The notes beneath the pieces are model-generated. The model made no database searches. It saw nothing but the letters and a program-made list of their open reading frames with translations, and was not told where the DNA came from. Positions 1 to 14,200 of a DNA stretch of 64,000 nt are shown piece after piece. Where the stretch lies: NCBI GenBank assembly GCA_002633005.1, contig NMRA01000040.1:327362-391361 (forward strand). The letters run 5' to 3'. The first letter of the stretch is position 1. Each line of letters starts with the position of its first letter. This stretch comes from Phoronis australis (Eukaryota > Animalia > Phoronida). Both the position numbers and the translations under genes were made by a program.

Positions 1-1409
1 TTAGTTTTAGTTGAAGTTTCTGCTTCCATATTTGAGGGGCTTACCTTTTCAAGTAAACTGTAATAATAAAATGATGAATGCATCAATACAATACAATTCC
101 TTCGTATTCAAAAGTATCTCATCCAATCAACATGCTGATTTTCATCATCCTCACTGGTTTGCCTCTCATTCAGGCTATGTCTATAGCTTCCTTTTCACAA
201 TACCCAACCATAACACTATTTAGATTTAAAGAAACTTTGGAGTAAGGCCACTATGACCATCTTCCGACTTTAGAAAAACATGACCTTGTTACAGAATACA
301 GGCCTCGATTTGGTGACTTGCAGGTCACCAACGCAATCTCCAGGGTTTTTTGGCGACTAAGTCAAATACAAGAACGCACTCAAAATAGTAAATAGTACAG
401 GAAATAAATGGACGAATGTCAGTATTATTTGGCAAAAATCGAAAGGGCCTAAGCGTGATCATCGCCCCAGGATGTACGCTTATGTGCGGGAATATTGGGC
501 CCAAAAGGGAGAAATTGGTTGCCTGCGAGTATGTGGACACTCATAATTTTCCATTTAAGCAAAAAAATATTTAAAAAACGTGGAACAAAGTCATGTGACA
601 CTAACTATGGGTAAAAGCAAAGTCAGGTGAAAAGGCTTTTTCAAATTCCTCAAACTATCCATTATTTAGGATGGCAATAATTACCATATCATTCATTGAT
701 GAATAATCATGCTGCACTGCACTTGGTAACTACTGATTACTAATAACATATCTTAAGGTTAAGTGTATCCTTATTTTTCAAAAAATGCTGTTTTAAAAAT
801 ACAGGCTGCACATGCACCAAAATGTACGAAGATTTCATAATTAAACGTTGCATTTCGCCCTATTTAGCTGGCTCAGTAACAAAAATGGAATTGAGTATTT
901 TACTCACATAAAATCGGTCTCATAATATTCCTTACTATAATAGGATTCTATTTTAAAAACCGATTTGTAAAGACACATTAGACTTGCACACCAGTGACCA
1001 AGTTTAAAACATGTCATTAGCGTATCAATTATAAAGTCTGACCCACAATCATGTACACCCTCGGGAGATGAAAGAAGTGGAGACCGTCAGACCAATCAGA
1101 AGAGCACTCAGGAGTCATTATATAGCATTGCTGCTCCATTAAAATCAAAATATTAGAGAAGAAATAATCACATCCACATTAACAGCAATTAATGTCCATA
1201 AATTTATCATTCCGACATATCTGTGCGAATAGGCAATGCAATCGCCCAGGGTGCCACAAAAGCAGGCCATTTATTTCCCTTGGGAAAGCTAGATAACTAA
1301 TTTACTATATAATTAAAAAAAATACACGAAGCATGTGAGGAAACTGCTATTACATGTAAACCCTAATAAGATTGATTGAAAATACACATATCAGAATTAG
1401 ATTACTTGC

Positions 1410-2021
1410 CTTCCAGGGTTTTGTCTTAAGGTGAAATTGTTTGGTAAAATATTGAATCAACTCTCCAGAAACTACATCATGACATTGTTGTAGGCCTACA
1501 AGAACACATGGGGATGCAAACCAAGGTTAGGCTCAGTTTACTGATTGGTTGTCACTGCAGTTGTTGAAAGAACTACAGAGTGCAGTTAATGGAAAACCAG
1601 TGCCGGGTCGGGTTAAAATTCTAGATGGTGTACTCCCAGAGGAGATATACGGGAGGTCCAGCACAGAAGGTAGCCAGCCAACCTGCATAAGACTAACGCG
1701 AACACTAAACAGCTGTGCACCAACGTGACCAAGGCTATTTTCACGACCAATTTACGATCAAAACGGTACTTTTTCCTACAAAATCCTCACAGGACGATCT
1801 TCAGATTAAGAAAAACTTCAAACAGAAACCCCGGGGGAAAATCAAGGCATATTTCATTTCAAAATGACAACCCTTTCGTCAGACAAGTAAACTGTGTAGT
1901 GACAAATGAATTGCAGAACAAGTCATTCACTGACATTGTCAAGAAAACTAAGCTGGCAGTGCACTGTCAATGACCTACCGGGATTTCTGTCAGTTTCATC
2001 GTAGTTGTTCGGTTCGGCCAT
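1410..2021 (-). CDS. Possible first two exons of an unidentified gene divergent from EXOSC9
   Basis: ATG GCC at 2021 gives MAEPNNYDETDRNP G|GTAGGT (2021-1979, phase 1). A phase-compatible exon at 1495-1410 (TTCTTGTAG|..LQQCHDVVSGELIQYFTKQFHLKTKPWK|GCAAGT) uses a GC donor. No homology recognised. Confidence 0.3.
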
Positions 2022-2240
2022 CGTATATTCAATAACTTAGACAGGCATATGCTATGAAGAACGAGAATACTGAGCGACCTGCATAGTAGAGAACGTCGGC
2101 AGACGCTTCTCACGACTCACGATCTTGTTTCCATTTTGTTAAAAATAGATCAAAAGGTTATCCTCGTTTTCATTCCAACATGGCAGCCTCCTTTAAGCAA
2201 TTTTCAGCGTGTTAGTTTTGGAAAGAGTTCTGTTGAAACT

Positions 2241-5200
2241 ATGAGAGAAACACCGTTTTCCAACTGTGAAAAAGAATTTATATTGAGCTGCATTGCGAAG
2301 CGATTGGTAAGGCCCAGTTTGAAACTGAAATATTTGTAATCATGAGCTCAACTGGTCAATTACACCGGCGTTAGCGTAACGAAGAAGAAAAATTGCAGAC
2401 CCCGTGAGTGACTGTGAGTCGAGATAGGTAGCCAGCTAGGTAGACAATTATATAGCCCTGCATGCCGCAGAAATAAAGGGGCTATAGTACACCCTCATAA
2501 AAACTTACTGATCTTAAAATACAGCGAATAAAATCGAATGAATCATGAACATATGCACATAGGCAACACGTAAAGTCGTAGCCCCTCAGTTGGCCGGTTA
2601 GGTAGCTACAATACTTCCCATCGCTTTCTGTATTAATTTCGTCCCGTGGTTAGCAAAATCCGCTCACCAATTAAGAGTTTTCACCTCATCAAAAATACAT
2701 TCTACACTCAAAACTATCACTTAAAAGCGCTTTCTTTCTTTAGTGGTAGTAGTCCTTTCTAGTATCTTTGAAGCATAGCTACAAGAATTCAGGTGACTTT
2801 GGCAAAGAATTCCAATTCCAATTGCACTTTTTGGTCACTGTTAACTATTTCACCTTGCGCGATAACCACAATATGAGTTAGGCAAAGGCTAGCACGAGAC
2901 TGAGGGAAGCGCGTGACACTGGCGCATGACACTGGCGCGTGACACTTTCAAAATATTAGCAGATATTATGTAAAATTTGTAAGATTTGTGTCCCTTGGAC
3001 TTTTTATTCATCAACATGTGTGATTTCACATAACTTCCTCAAAATGACACCTGGTAAGAGAAACTCGAGCAAAACGCAACAGTTTTTCTTGAATATGTTC
3101 AAGTTATGGTGCCTTAGTAGTATCCAGAGTCATGGTATGTTTTAATTATAACTCCATGTGCTTATAGTTAACGACCGGCATGCAAAATATAAGAGTCAAC
3201 CGACATTTACCTTGTCCATTGCAGCCGTTTTAGTGAAAAACAATCTAATAAACATCATTTCTTGTATAATTCTCCACCTTTTGTGACAAAGAAAAGTATG
3301 TCGTTGTTTCAAAAACAGTACGCTCGTGACACGCACATGCGCCATTTCCAAAACTTTTGCGACATCTTTCGGGAGATTGTGACAGCTTCGCAGCCACAAA
3401 ATTTATTCTGAAATTCAGTTTGCTGGTTTTATAATACTAAGAATTTGTAACGAAACGAAACCAATTTCGATTATTTGTTGTGACAAATACGCAACCTCGT
3501 GGAAGAGAAGAACAGTTGATTCAAGAATCGGAGGGGAAAAGAAACTGGTCAATAGGTGATGCAGTATTTTATGGCGTCGAAAGCCGACGCAAAAGATCGC
3601 ACTACTGTTTTAGCAGCAGAATGATGGTGGAACGCCAATTTTCCAACACCGGTAAATAATTTAGTTTACTCACGCAAGAGTGTAGTTTTTAATAACACTA
3701 ATATTGTGTAAAATTTTATTTGGTCAGTTTTTTACCCTCATCGGCGCAAAGCTTTTTGTTTAGTATACAGCTATGCATCAAAGCTACGCTACAAGTTGCC
3801 CCAGTCAAAAACCACTACTATTCACATGTACTGGCTTTGCTTACAGTTTTGTGCAAACAAAGGTTATCAAAGAAATTTGACAAAAAGTGGAATGTGCGAC
3901 CTTCACAATAGTATAAAAACATACCTGGATTATAAAATGATTATCCCCTGTTCTGTTCACGTTTCCTGCGCAAGAATTAGCTACCCAAAATTAAGTAAAT
4001 TTGTCGATAAAAAGACCACCTTCAAAGTGGAGACTTCGACGTCTGTTTCCGTTTCTGCCAGATTAAGATCTCGAGGGTTAGTCTGATTTCTAAATCAAGC
4101 AATAGCATTCAAGTACAAATTTGGTCATTAGGTTAAATGCTGACATTTTTTCACAAATCACAACATCAACTTACGGCAGTATACTTAGCGACAAGATGGC
4201 GATGAGAGCAAGGCATGTGTGTGGAAAATGTTGACATTTTTACATGCAGAATTTTTACATGTACTGCAGACTTCTTTCATTAAATGATTTTTTTCTGTCT
4301 TAATTAGGAACTGGTACTGTATTTTGCTTCATTCAAGTCTCACAACTGCCACAGGTACGGTTTAATTTTGCATTATTTGGGCAAAGTTGTGTTCCTCGGT
4401 TTAACAACCTTGTGAAGCGTGTCTATAAATGCTTATTTACTCATTAAGTGACACTTTACTTTTGTAGAGACTCGATGGGAGGCAAGCTTATGACTATAGA
4501 AAATTGAAAATAACTTTTGGCATCGACCGTGGGTGCTGCCATGTTCAGCTTGGAGATACACTGTGAGTATTCACTCTACACGGCGGCTTGAGATTTTCAC
4601 CAGATCACCAAACATGTGGTTGCATTGGTGACCAGTTACTCTCCAAATCAAGCCTTGCAACCATTGAAGATTTACAGTCTCGCCTTTAGCTCCTCAGCTT
4701 GGTTTAAATATTGGTAGTACTGTTCCTGTATATGTCTGTTTCAGAGATGTGTATGTTTTAACTGTTGCGGTTAGTATCCTAGTTAAAAATGATTGAGCTA
4801 ATTGTTAAGTTACCGGAAATTAAAATTAAAAGGCGGCCATTTTCCCAGCAATAGTGGTCTGACGATGTTGATGGAGTCAGCCACCAGTGAAAGATATAAT
4901 GTGCAGCTTTAACTGTAATTGACATCACAATCAGAAAGGTAAACTCTCAATATAGAGGACAAAAATGGTGGACAAGCAAAATTTTGTTTTCTCACTTTTT
5001 CCGTAAAGGATACGTGGCACTGAATTGATGCTTTACCATGTCCTGATCTGTACCATATCAAGCATTGTTTTGATGAACTGCAACCAAGGTAGAAGACCTT
5101 GAAAAATGAGAAAGGGGAATATTGGCAATTATTTATGTATAACATTAACAAAATTTCGCCGTACATTACCGTGGATGAACATCTTTGAACACAGGGTTAT

Positions 5201-8200
5201 GGCCCAGGTGTCATGTGAAGTAACACAACCCAAGTCCAACCGGCCAACAGATGGAGTGCTTTTCGTGAATGTAGAGTTGTCCCCCATGGCTTCGCCAGGC
5301 TTTGAATCAGGAAGGTATGCAAAGCATTTTGGTTTACGACTTAAGCATTTGGGTCAGTATCATAAATGATGTGATTATGAAGTTTGCCCCCCCCCCTCTG
5401 TATTTGTCAACTTTAACGTGAGTGGTGTCAAATTGTTCATGCAAGGGAATAGTGGTGCACGTTAGTTATTTACCATACACACCTCCGGTCTCCATTCTTC
5501 CTCAGCAAATCCTCGTGTGATTCTAACCCTAACCGTGATGGGAATCTTTAATCATTGATGGGTAATTTGTGAGCTTGATAATAGGAATTTTAGTCATCAT
5601 TTTCAAACGTAGTTGTTGGGGAATAGGGCCAATATTCAGCCCCAGAATCAAGGCATTGAGGGCCTTGCACCCAGTTTATGATTGTGCTTGCTCATCAAAC
5701 CATTTCTCATTTCTCAAGGTAAATTTGATTTGTGGCAGGTTGTCCGACTTTGGGGTTGAAATCAATCGACTTCTTGAGCGGTGTATAAAGGAATCGAGGT
5801 GCATTGACACAGAATCACTCTGCATCATAGCCGGTGAAAAGGTGGGTTCGCATCAGCTTCTGGCATCCTTTCGTGAAGGTTTAGATAGTTATAGGAATTT
5901 AAGATTTAGATACTGTAAGTTTCTTGTTGCACTGGTGCTAATCTATGTAACATTGAAATTACACACGCTAATTCTTTTGCAATGAGACACTCTAACATTA
6001 GTTCTGCACGTCCATCTAGAATTCTCTTTGTATTTGTTTAGATATATTGCAACCTCTGAAAACATTTTTATGCTCTTTGAAAATGTACCCTAGAACAATG
6101 TCCAAATTTGGCTACCTTCAAAACATTCTCAGAAATGGCTGACCGGATTCATTTGAAATTTTCAGATATTTTATTTGCTTTATGCATTGTTCTCCAATTG
6201 CTGATAGGAATCGCTTTTAAAATGTTTCATTGTTGCATGAGGCGCTATTTGAAAGTAGTGAGTATTGATAGAAATGAAAATTCAAGATTTTAGAGAAGAC
6301 TACAAAATGTCCAAATTTGGCCAACTTCGGAACATTATCTCAAAAATGGATGTTCGGCTTCATATTTACCTTTTTGATACCACACTTTGTGTAATGTTCT
6401 CCAAAATGCTTTCAGGAATTGCTTTCAAGATGTATCACTTTTGCATGATGCGCTGTAAAAAATAGGACTTTTGTGATTTTTATGAAAAAAAATCAAAAGT
6501 TGCATCACACGAACTGATAATTTAGAAAACTAAGAACGTTTTTAAGATTCCATCTTCAACATCTATATTTAACGAAATTTAATCCTGCTATTGGTACCAA
6601 CTGTTTTGCTAAATTTTAAATAAAAATATATGGTCACGTGACGGAATTACTGGCAGATTGGTCATAAAGTGAAAACTCAAATTCTGCAATATTTCTACTT
6701 CATACGTTTTACCCAGTTACAGTCTATAGTTTTGTAGATATTTAACTAAATGTACAGACAGGTGGTTAAGGTTTCGCATAACTTTCATCAACGTTTGTTT
6801 AGAACTTGGCCAACACCTGTGAGACAAATGAATTGTCGCATGACTACGCTCTTTCTTCAGGTTTGGCAGCTCCGTATCGACATCCACACACTGAACCACG
6901 AGGGAAACCTCATTGATGCTTCCAGTATCGCAGCAATAGCCGCTCTGGCGCACTTCAGGTAGGCAGTGACATATGTTGATCTAGTGGCGAAGTTTTGTTC
7001 ACAACTAGCAAACTGCGTGCTTTTTGTATACTTGCAGTCCAATCTTACTAATTTAGGACACAGTGTAGCTGACAAATGAAATTTCATTTTCTCATTTTTT
7101 TCATAAAAGATATGTAGCACCATATTAGTGTTTTACCATGTCGCAAGTTCTGTACTATGGTTATCGACAAACAATACTTTTAAAAATTGTCGTCATTCAC
7201 GACAATGCTGAAAGTCTTTGAAAATGAAGAAACGGTGCTTTTTTGACAATTACTTTTGTCTGGAATTTGTGAAATTTACTGTTCATGCAATATCATGGAA
7301 CAAATACTTGGTTTTCTTCACTGTGTTAATTAGCGATTCTTAAAAACTGCTGGGTGTCACTGAAGTCTCTTTATCTTCTGAATGGTGTGCTATCCTTGTT
7401 ATGAGGTGTTAGTGCAGCTATAGTTCCATATTTCAGGCGACCTGATGTATCGGTTTCTGGCGAAGAAGTCACAGTAGTGAGTATTGATATAAATGGAAAT
7501 TCAAGGTTTTGGAGAACCCTACAGAAATGTCCAAAACTGGCTAACTTCGGAACGTCATATCCCAGAAATGCCTTATCAGATTCATAATTATGTAACTTTT
7601 ACGTACCATGCTTTATGTACTATTCTCCAATATGCTGTTAGGAATTGTCTTCAAAATGTTTCACTTTTGCATGAGGCGCTGTAAAAAATGGAACTTTTAC
7701 GATATTTATGAAAAAATGCAAAAGTTGCATAAATCAATAACAAAGTTATATTTGAGAAAATTTTAGTATCGTTTTGGAGATTTATGTCAAGCGGATTGTG
7801 GTCATGTTATTGATACCGTGGTTTTGCTAAGGAAGTATCTTCTTTGCTAAATTTTACTAAAAAGACATGATCACGTGTTTGTTGATGACTGTTGTACAAT
7901 TTAAACTGTGCAAATAATGAAGTATAGTTTTCTTTTCATTTACTTTTTTCACATTGTGTTCTAAGTTAAAGAAACCTTGCCGCAATTTGCGTAATTTTCT
8001 TTTTTATATCTGGTTTTGTTTTGACATAGTAAAAGGAGTCTTCATGGGCATTGTCAATCTTGTGAAACTAACTATTAAGTTGCCACATCATGATTTGAGA
8101 TACACATAGATTCTCGCGTCACATGATTTCCTAACACGGTTCTCCAACACTCCATTACAGCACCCAGTCACTGAGCGTGACCCTATACCTCTCAGTCTAC

Positions 8201-11200
8201 TCCATATGCCACTTTGTGTAACATTCGCCTTCTTTGACCAGGGGTAAGTGCTGTTTTATTATCTAAGTCATCGCTTGTGCACAGCTCAGGTGTACAATTA
8301 ATATGACCTCTGTGTGCGTGTCTGTTGCATTGGTTTTGTGTCTGGCAGGAGAGACTACTTGAATCAGTTGTTATTGTCGCATTGTCTTTAATGAGACTTA
8401 CAGTTGAGTCACTGATAAGTACAAGTTATTTAAGAATGTTTTCGAAAGGAATGATATTGTATGCTCATTGATATAGTTCATATTCCCTTGTAAAAAGTAA
8501 AATTGTCTGGCAATTTTTAGTACCGAAATGAATTTCAAGGCATAGGAGAGTCAATGCTTGATGTCTTTTGGGCGTCACTTTTTGCTACATAAGTCAATGT
8601 CTTACTTCACCCATAACAGTAAAGTGGCCCTAAGGTGTGATAGCCCTTTTCCTTTCCCGTGAGGCCTCCAAATGCCATTTTTGTCACAGGCAAATTTTGG
8701 TTGTCCACTATTTCTCCACTGTCTGTCCTCCATACTCCATCGTAAGCATCACAATTGCACATTAAACCTGGCTTGTCACAGCTGTTGTGAAAGCCACACG
8801 AGCACATTCTGCTGCCAGGGGGCGCTTCACCCCAGCTTTCCATACGCCGCCCATCCCTCGAAAACCAGTCGATGTAAGTCGTCCCCTTGTGGTGGAACCG
8901 AGAGTTGAAACATTCGTATCTTATCGACTGTGCGCAGTGTTTTGATTTTTTAATAAGAGCGGCTATTTGAGCCATAGAAGCCTGGTAGATCACGTGACGT
9001 GTGTATGTTCTGGCTCCATAGTTATCGCTTCGGGCATTGTGCCGTTGCTCTGTGTTGTGATGTATTACGGTCGCTGGTTCCCCTTTTCCCTCATTCATGT
9101 CACATTCGACGTGAAATTCCTGCACACCACCCAGGCCATCAGGATCAATGACATAGTGTCCACTCTCCAAGTATCCAGCCAGTCTCAGTTCTTTACAGCT
9201 TGACTTATCTGAAAATTGAAAACCAGATTGTTAATAAGTAAACAATACAAATACAACACAAATCTGTCTCTTGTACAGATTCTCCTGATTTGTTGTTTAA
9301 GGCTATATAAGATTTAAAGTCAGTGAAAGTGCATATTTGCTAAAAGTAAAAAGATTAGAAGTTTTTACTTTTAATTACACCAGTGTGCCGTGAATCAGGT
9401 CATATGACCATGGGTCTTTAGTAAAATGTAGCAAAAAAGTTAGATACATGCAGAGCAAAACAACAGTAACAATGACATGACCAAATTTTGTTTGATGTAA
9501 ATGATCAAGATGAAATCTCAACTTGTAATTTGGTTTTAATTTTACGTAACTTTTGAGTTTTTTATTAAAAATCAAAAAAGTTGTTTTATTGCCTCTCTGG
9601 CAAAAGTGGAACATTTCTTTGGTGAACAGTTCATAAAACATAGTATCTGAAAGTTTCATAAGAATTTGATCAGTCGTTAGTGAGATACGATGTTGCAAAG
9701 TCACCCACACGTTATTGCATCACTGATACCTTGTACTGTAAAGCTACTACCAGAGGTCAGTCACTTGTAAGTCAGTACTCTTCACTCCATGAACGCTGCT
9801 TGGTTTNATCCCTCGAAAACCAGTCGATGTAAGTCGTCCCCTTGTGGTGGAACCGAGAGTTGAAACATTCGTATCTTATCGACTGTGCGCAGTGTTTTGA
9901 TTTTTTAATAAGAGCGGCTATTTGAGCCATAGAAGCCTGGTAGATCACGTGACGTGTGTATGTTCTGGCTCCATAGTTATCGCTTCGGGCATTGTGCCGT
10001 TGCTCTGTGTTGTGATGTATTACGGTCGCTGGTTCCCCTTTTCCCTCATTCATGTCACATTCGACGTGAAATTCCTGCACACCACCCAGGCCATCAGGAT
10101 CAATGACATAGTGTCCACTCTCCAAGTATCCAGCCAGTCTCAGTTCTTTACAGCTTGACTTATCTGAAAATTGAAAACCAGATTGTTAATAAGTAAACAA
10201 TACAAATACAATACAAATCTGTCTCTTGTACAGTTTCTCCTGATTTGTTGTTTAAAGCTATATAAGATTTAAAGTCAGTGAAAGTGCATATTTGCTAAAA
10301 GTAAAAAGATTAGAATTTAAGTTTTTACTTTTAATTACACCAGTGTGCCGTGAATCAGGTCATGTGACCATGGGTTTTTAGTAAAATGTAGCAAAAAAGT
10401 TAGATACATGCAGAGCAAAACAACAGTAACAAGGACATGACCAAATTTTGTTTGATGTAAATGATCAAGATGAAATCTCAACTTGTAATTTGGTTTTAAT
10501 TTTACGTAACTTTTGAGTTTTTTATTAAAAATCAAAAAAGTTGTTTTATTGCCTCTCTGGCAAAAGTGGAAGATTTCTTTGGTGAACAGTTCATAAAACA
10601 TAGTATCTGAAAGTTTCATAAGAATTTGATCAATCGTTAGTGAGATACGATGTTGCGAAGTCACCCACACGTTATTGCATCACTGATACCTTGTACTGTA
10701 AAGCTGCTACCAGAGGTCAGTCACTTGTAAGTCAGTACTCTTCACTCCATGAACGCTTGGTTTCCTATTTTAGTTGAGTTTTTCATACATAATGTGTCCT
10801 TTTAAATGCCTCTTTGTAATTGTAGTGAACTTATCATGCGTGCACCCAGGGGGGGCTCGGGGGGCTCAAATGAGCCTCCCGAGCCCCCCATTTGGCGAAG
10901 TGGGCAAAAGGTCTGCCTCAGAGAAACAAAAAGTCCAAGAAAACGAGACAAAAGTCCTCTAAAAAGGCGCAGACATACAGTGAAGGTGGTACCCGTTTCT
11001 TTAGTCCTCCCACTATTTTGTCAGCAAAAGGTCCACATCGCCAGAAATTCAAGCCCCCCCCCTATATTAAAGGCTGGATGCGCACATGCTTATTAGTAAC
11101 CTCTGATCAGTGCCAGTCTCTAGCACAGGTCAAGCTTCCTTCAGACGCTTCAGCATGCTAAAACTGAAAGAATGATTACAAATGTGCAAAAATCTCGGGC

Positions 11201-14200
11201 TACAAAAGATCCTAAGAGAGAATAAAACTTAGAACATGCTTACATTTATGTGATCCTGTTCTACATTGGTAGTACAACAGTTCTGTTTTCCTTGTGTCGG
11301 TCCTGCATGCCTCCAGTGCTGTCTTGGTCTCATTCAGCGAAACTCGATCGTTGTACTTGTCGTTTAGCAGAATCACCGACAGCTCTTCTTGACCTTTAGC
11401 CTTCTCTGATAATTNGCACCCAGGGGGGGCTCGGGGGGCTCAAATGAGCCCCCGAGCCCCCCCATTTGGCGAAGTGGGCAAAAGGTCTGCCTCAGAGAAA
11501 CAAAAAGTCCAAGAAAACGAGACAAAAGTCCTCTAAAAAGGCGCAGACATACAGTGAAGGTGGTACCCGTTTCTTTAGTCCTCCCACTATTTTGTCAGCA
11601 AAAGGTCCGCATCGCCAGAAATTCGAGCCCCCCCCCCCCTATATTAAAGGCTGGATGCGCTCATGCTTATTAGTAACCTCTGATCAGTGCCATTCTCTAG
11701 CACAGGTCAAGCTTCTGTCAGACGCTTCGGCATACTCAAACTGAAAGAATGATTATAAATGTGGAAACATCTCTGGCTGCAAAAGATCCTAAGAGAGAAT
11801 AAAACTTAGAACATGCTTACATTTATGTGATCCCGTTCTACATTGGTAGTACAACAGTTCTGTTTTCCTTGTGTCGGCCTTGCATGCCTCCAATGCCGTC
11901 TTGGTCTCATTCAGCGAAACTCGATCGTTGTACTTGTCGTTTAGCAGAATCACCGACAGCTCTTCTTGACCTTTAGCCTTCTCTGATAATTGTTTAGATT
12001 CGCTGGAACACTGAGCGAGTTGTCTCGTTGTCGATTCCAACTGTGTTTGTGCGTCTTCCAACTGTCTCCTCAACTCGTCATTTTCTTCACCGAGATCTCT
12101 TAGTTGAGTGGATAAGTCCCTGGCATCTTGTTGATAATTTTGGCTGTCAACGTCTTGCAGTAGTCGCAATGAGGCAGTGTGTTTCGATAGGACTGCGGCT
12201 AGCAGTAGCCACAGGCTCCTTTGTGCTGCATGCATCCTGTGTTATGTTTTGCCCAATTCTAATTTCATTCTATGTTGGACAGTTATTGGTGCATCTTAGC
12301 AGATAACACGTGAGTGAATGTCTTTATCAGTGTTTACTGATTTTCTAAGTCAATGGGAAAGGTTGTCTTAGCCCGAGATAATAGAGCTTATATTATCAAA
12401 GGTTGTGGGCCCGGTCTAAACTGAGAGCTGAGACAGTCATGACTTGTATGTTAATTTGTTCACAGTTCATTAACTTGGCTCGGTTGTTGCTGTAACTCCA
12501 GTTTGAGACAGTCCCTTAAATTTGGGACACCAGAATTTAAGTAGAAAGTGAATTTTGATTCTAAATATTGAGCTGTAGGCAATTTTGGCATTCATCATTT
12601 ATTGGACACTACATTTTGTGTCAACAGTACAGTTTAAAAATGAATTTAATTGGCAATTTTTAAAATCAGGGAAACTAGTGCCTGCATATTGTTTTCAGCC
12701 ATCCTCGTAGTGTGTTTCATTAATGTGCATGATCGTTTGTCATTTATCATGCATCGGGAATTTACAACCAATATATTGACAATTTCTAAAATTTGGTACA
12801 CGCTCCAACCATTAGCAAAACAATTGTTGTTTCAATCTCCCTAACTAGAGAATTTTTACTTTAAGTCAGAATGTAAAAAATAATCATCCAATTTATTGTT
12901 TTCATTCTTCTAAAAAATGCAGCATTGCATTTTCATTTACAAACTTACGACCATCTTAGTTGAAGCAACTACCTGTTGTATTGCCACAGCTGGATTGCAC
13001 AAATGGTTAAAATTAAGGACTAATTTTCTTCCTTCTTGGTTTTTGTTGAGAAGTTTGAAACGTTGTGTTTTATTTTAAAAAATGTATCCTATGTTTCAAA
13101 GAGGGTGGTAGTGAATGAGTGAATGATATAAAATTAGATGACATTATGTTCAATACGCGGTATTATTTATGAACTGATTTCGCTCATCGCCTACCCAATA
13201 ATCTTTGTCAATATACTTGTTTATCTGTTTTTTGTTTTGTTTTGACAGTTCTAGTGTCAACGAATTTGTCCAGGGCCAGCTATGTTTTCAAAGAGCACTA
13301 AGATTTGAGTTATGTTAATCCTTTAGAAAACACTTCAATTTCAGAGCTTTTGTAGACTGAGGTTGTCATGTAACTCCCTGACTGTGTGCCTAATGAATTT
13401 TGAGGTCCCTTCTCATTTATTGAGAGAACTGAGTGCACTGTTAGGAATTACAGTAGCTTTCTTTTGTGGAAGATTAAATAACCTGTCAATATTTGCAAGC
13501 AAAGTGTAAAGGCCAACGTACTTACGACAATTCTTCCGTAATATAGTATGCAATATGGCCGACTAGAAAAATCCTATTTATCAAATTTCTTCGCAAAAAT
13601 AAAATTATGAAAAATTGAATCTGTTTGTAGCATGGTTGGTACTGTGTAGATGTCTTGAACCAACTTTTAGTAAATTTTCCATTTTCAGTAAAATGGAAAA
13701 ATGACAAGTTTGGCAATTATTTTTGTACTTGGAGAATTGTTGCAGCTCAAACTGATGCCTGCACCAAATTGATTTGGCACACTTCCATTTGGAGTGGGTC
13801 GATTAGCCAAACTGATGCCTGCACCAAACTGAAGCTTCTCAAAATTACTCTCAGTGGTTTTCAGGGTTTTTTAACAGTTATCAGAACAGAAATTAACGAC
13901 AATGAGTGCAGGTTGGTGAGTAATCGTTTCTCAGGACATTTCCCTGTGTGATTAATCCATATGGCCTGCATGTGGGAGCACTCATTGTCATCAATTTTGG
14001 TTCTTATAAGCATTAAAGAAATCCATAAACCACTTTCAGTAATTTGGGAACTCACAGTAGCTTGAGTTTGGCTTGGGCATCAGTTTGGCTCACCAACCAG
14101 CACCGAATTTAGGTGTGGCAAATCAATTTGGTGCAGACATCAGTTTGGGCTGCAACAGAATTACCGCATCATTTGCATTCATGAGTAAACTGATGAGTAA

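Noticed and set aside
9772-10163. Second paralogue of the fibrinogen-like gene
   Set aside because: Essentially identical in the coding part and truncated at a single N; best explained as haplotype overlap.
11660-11740. Middle exon of the nested gene (good TTCTTTCAG acceptor)
   Set aside because: Gives a stop within a few codons in the required phase in both duplicate copies; the flanking exons already join in frame without it.
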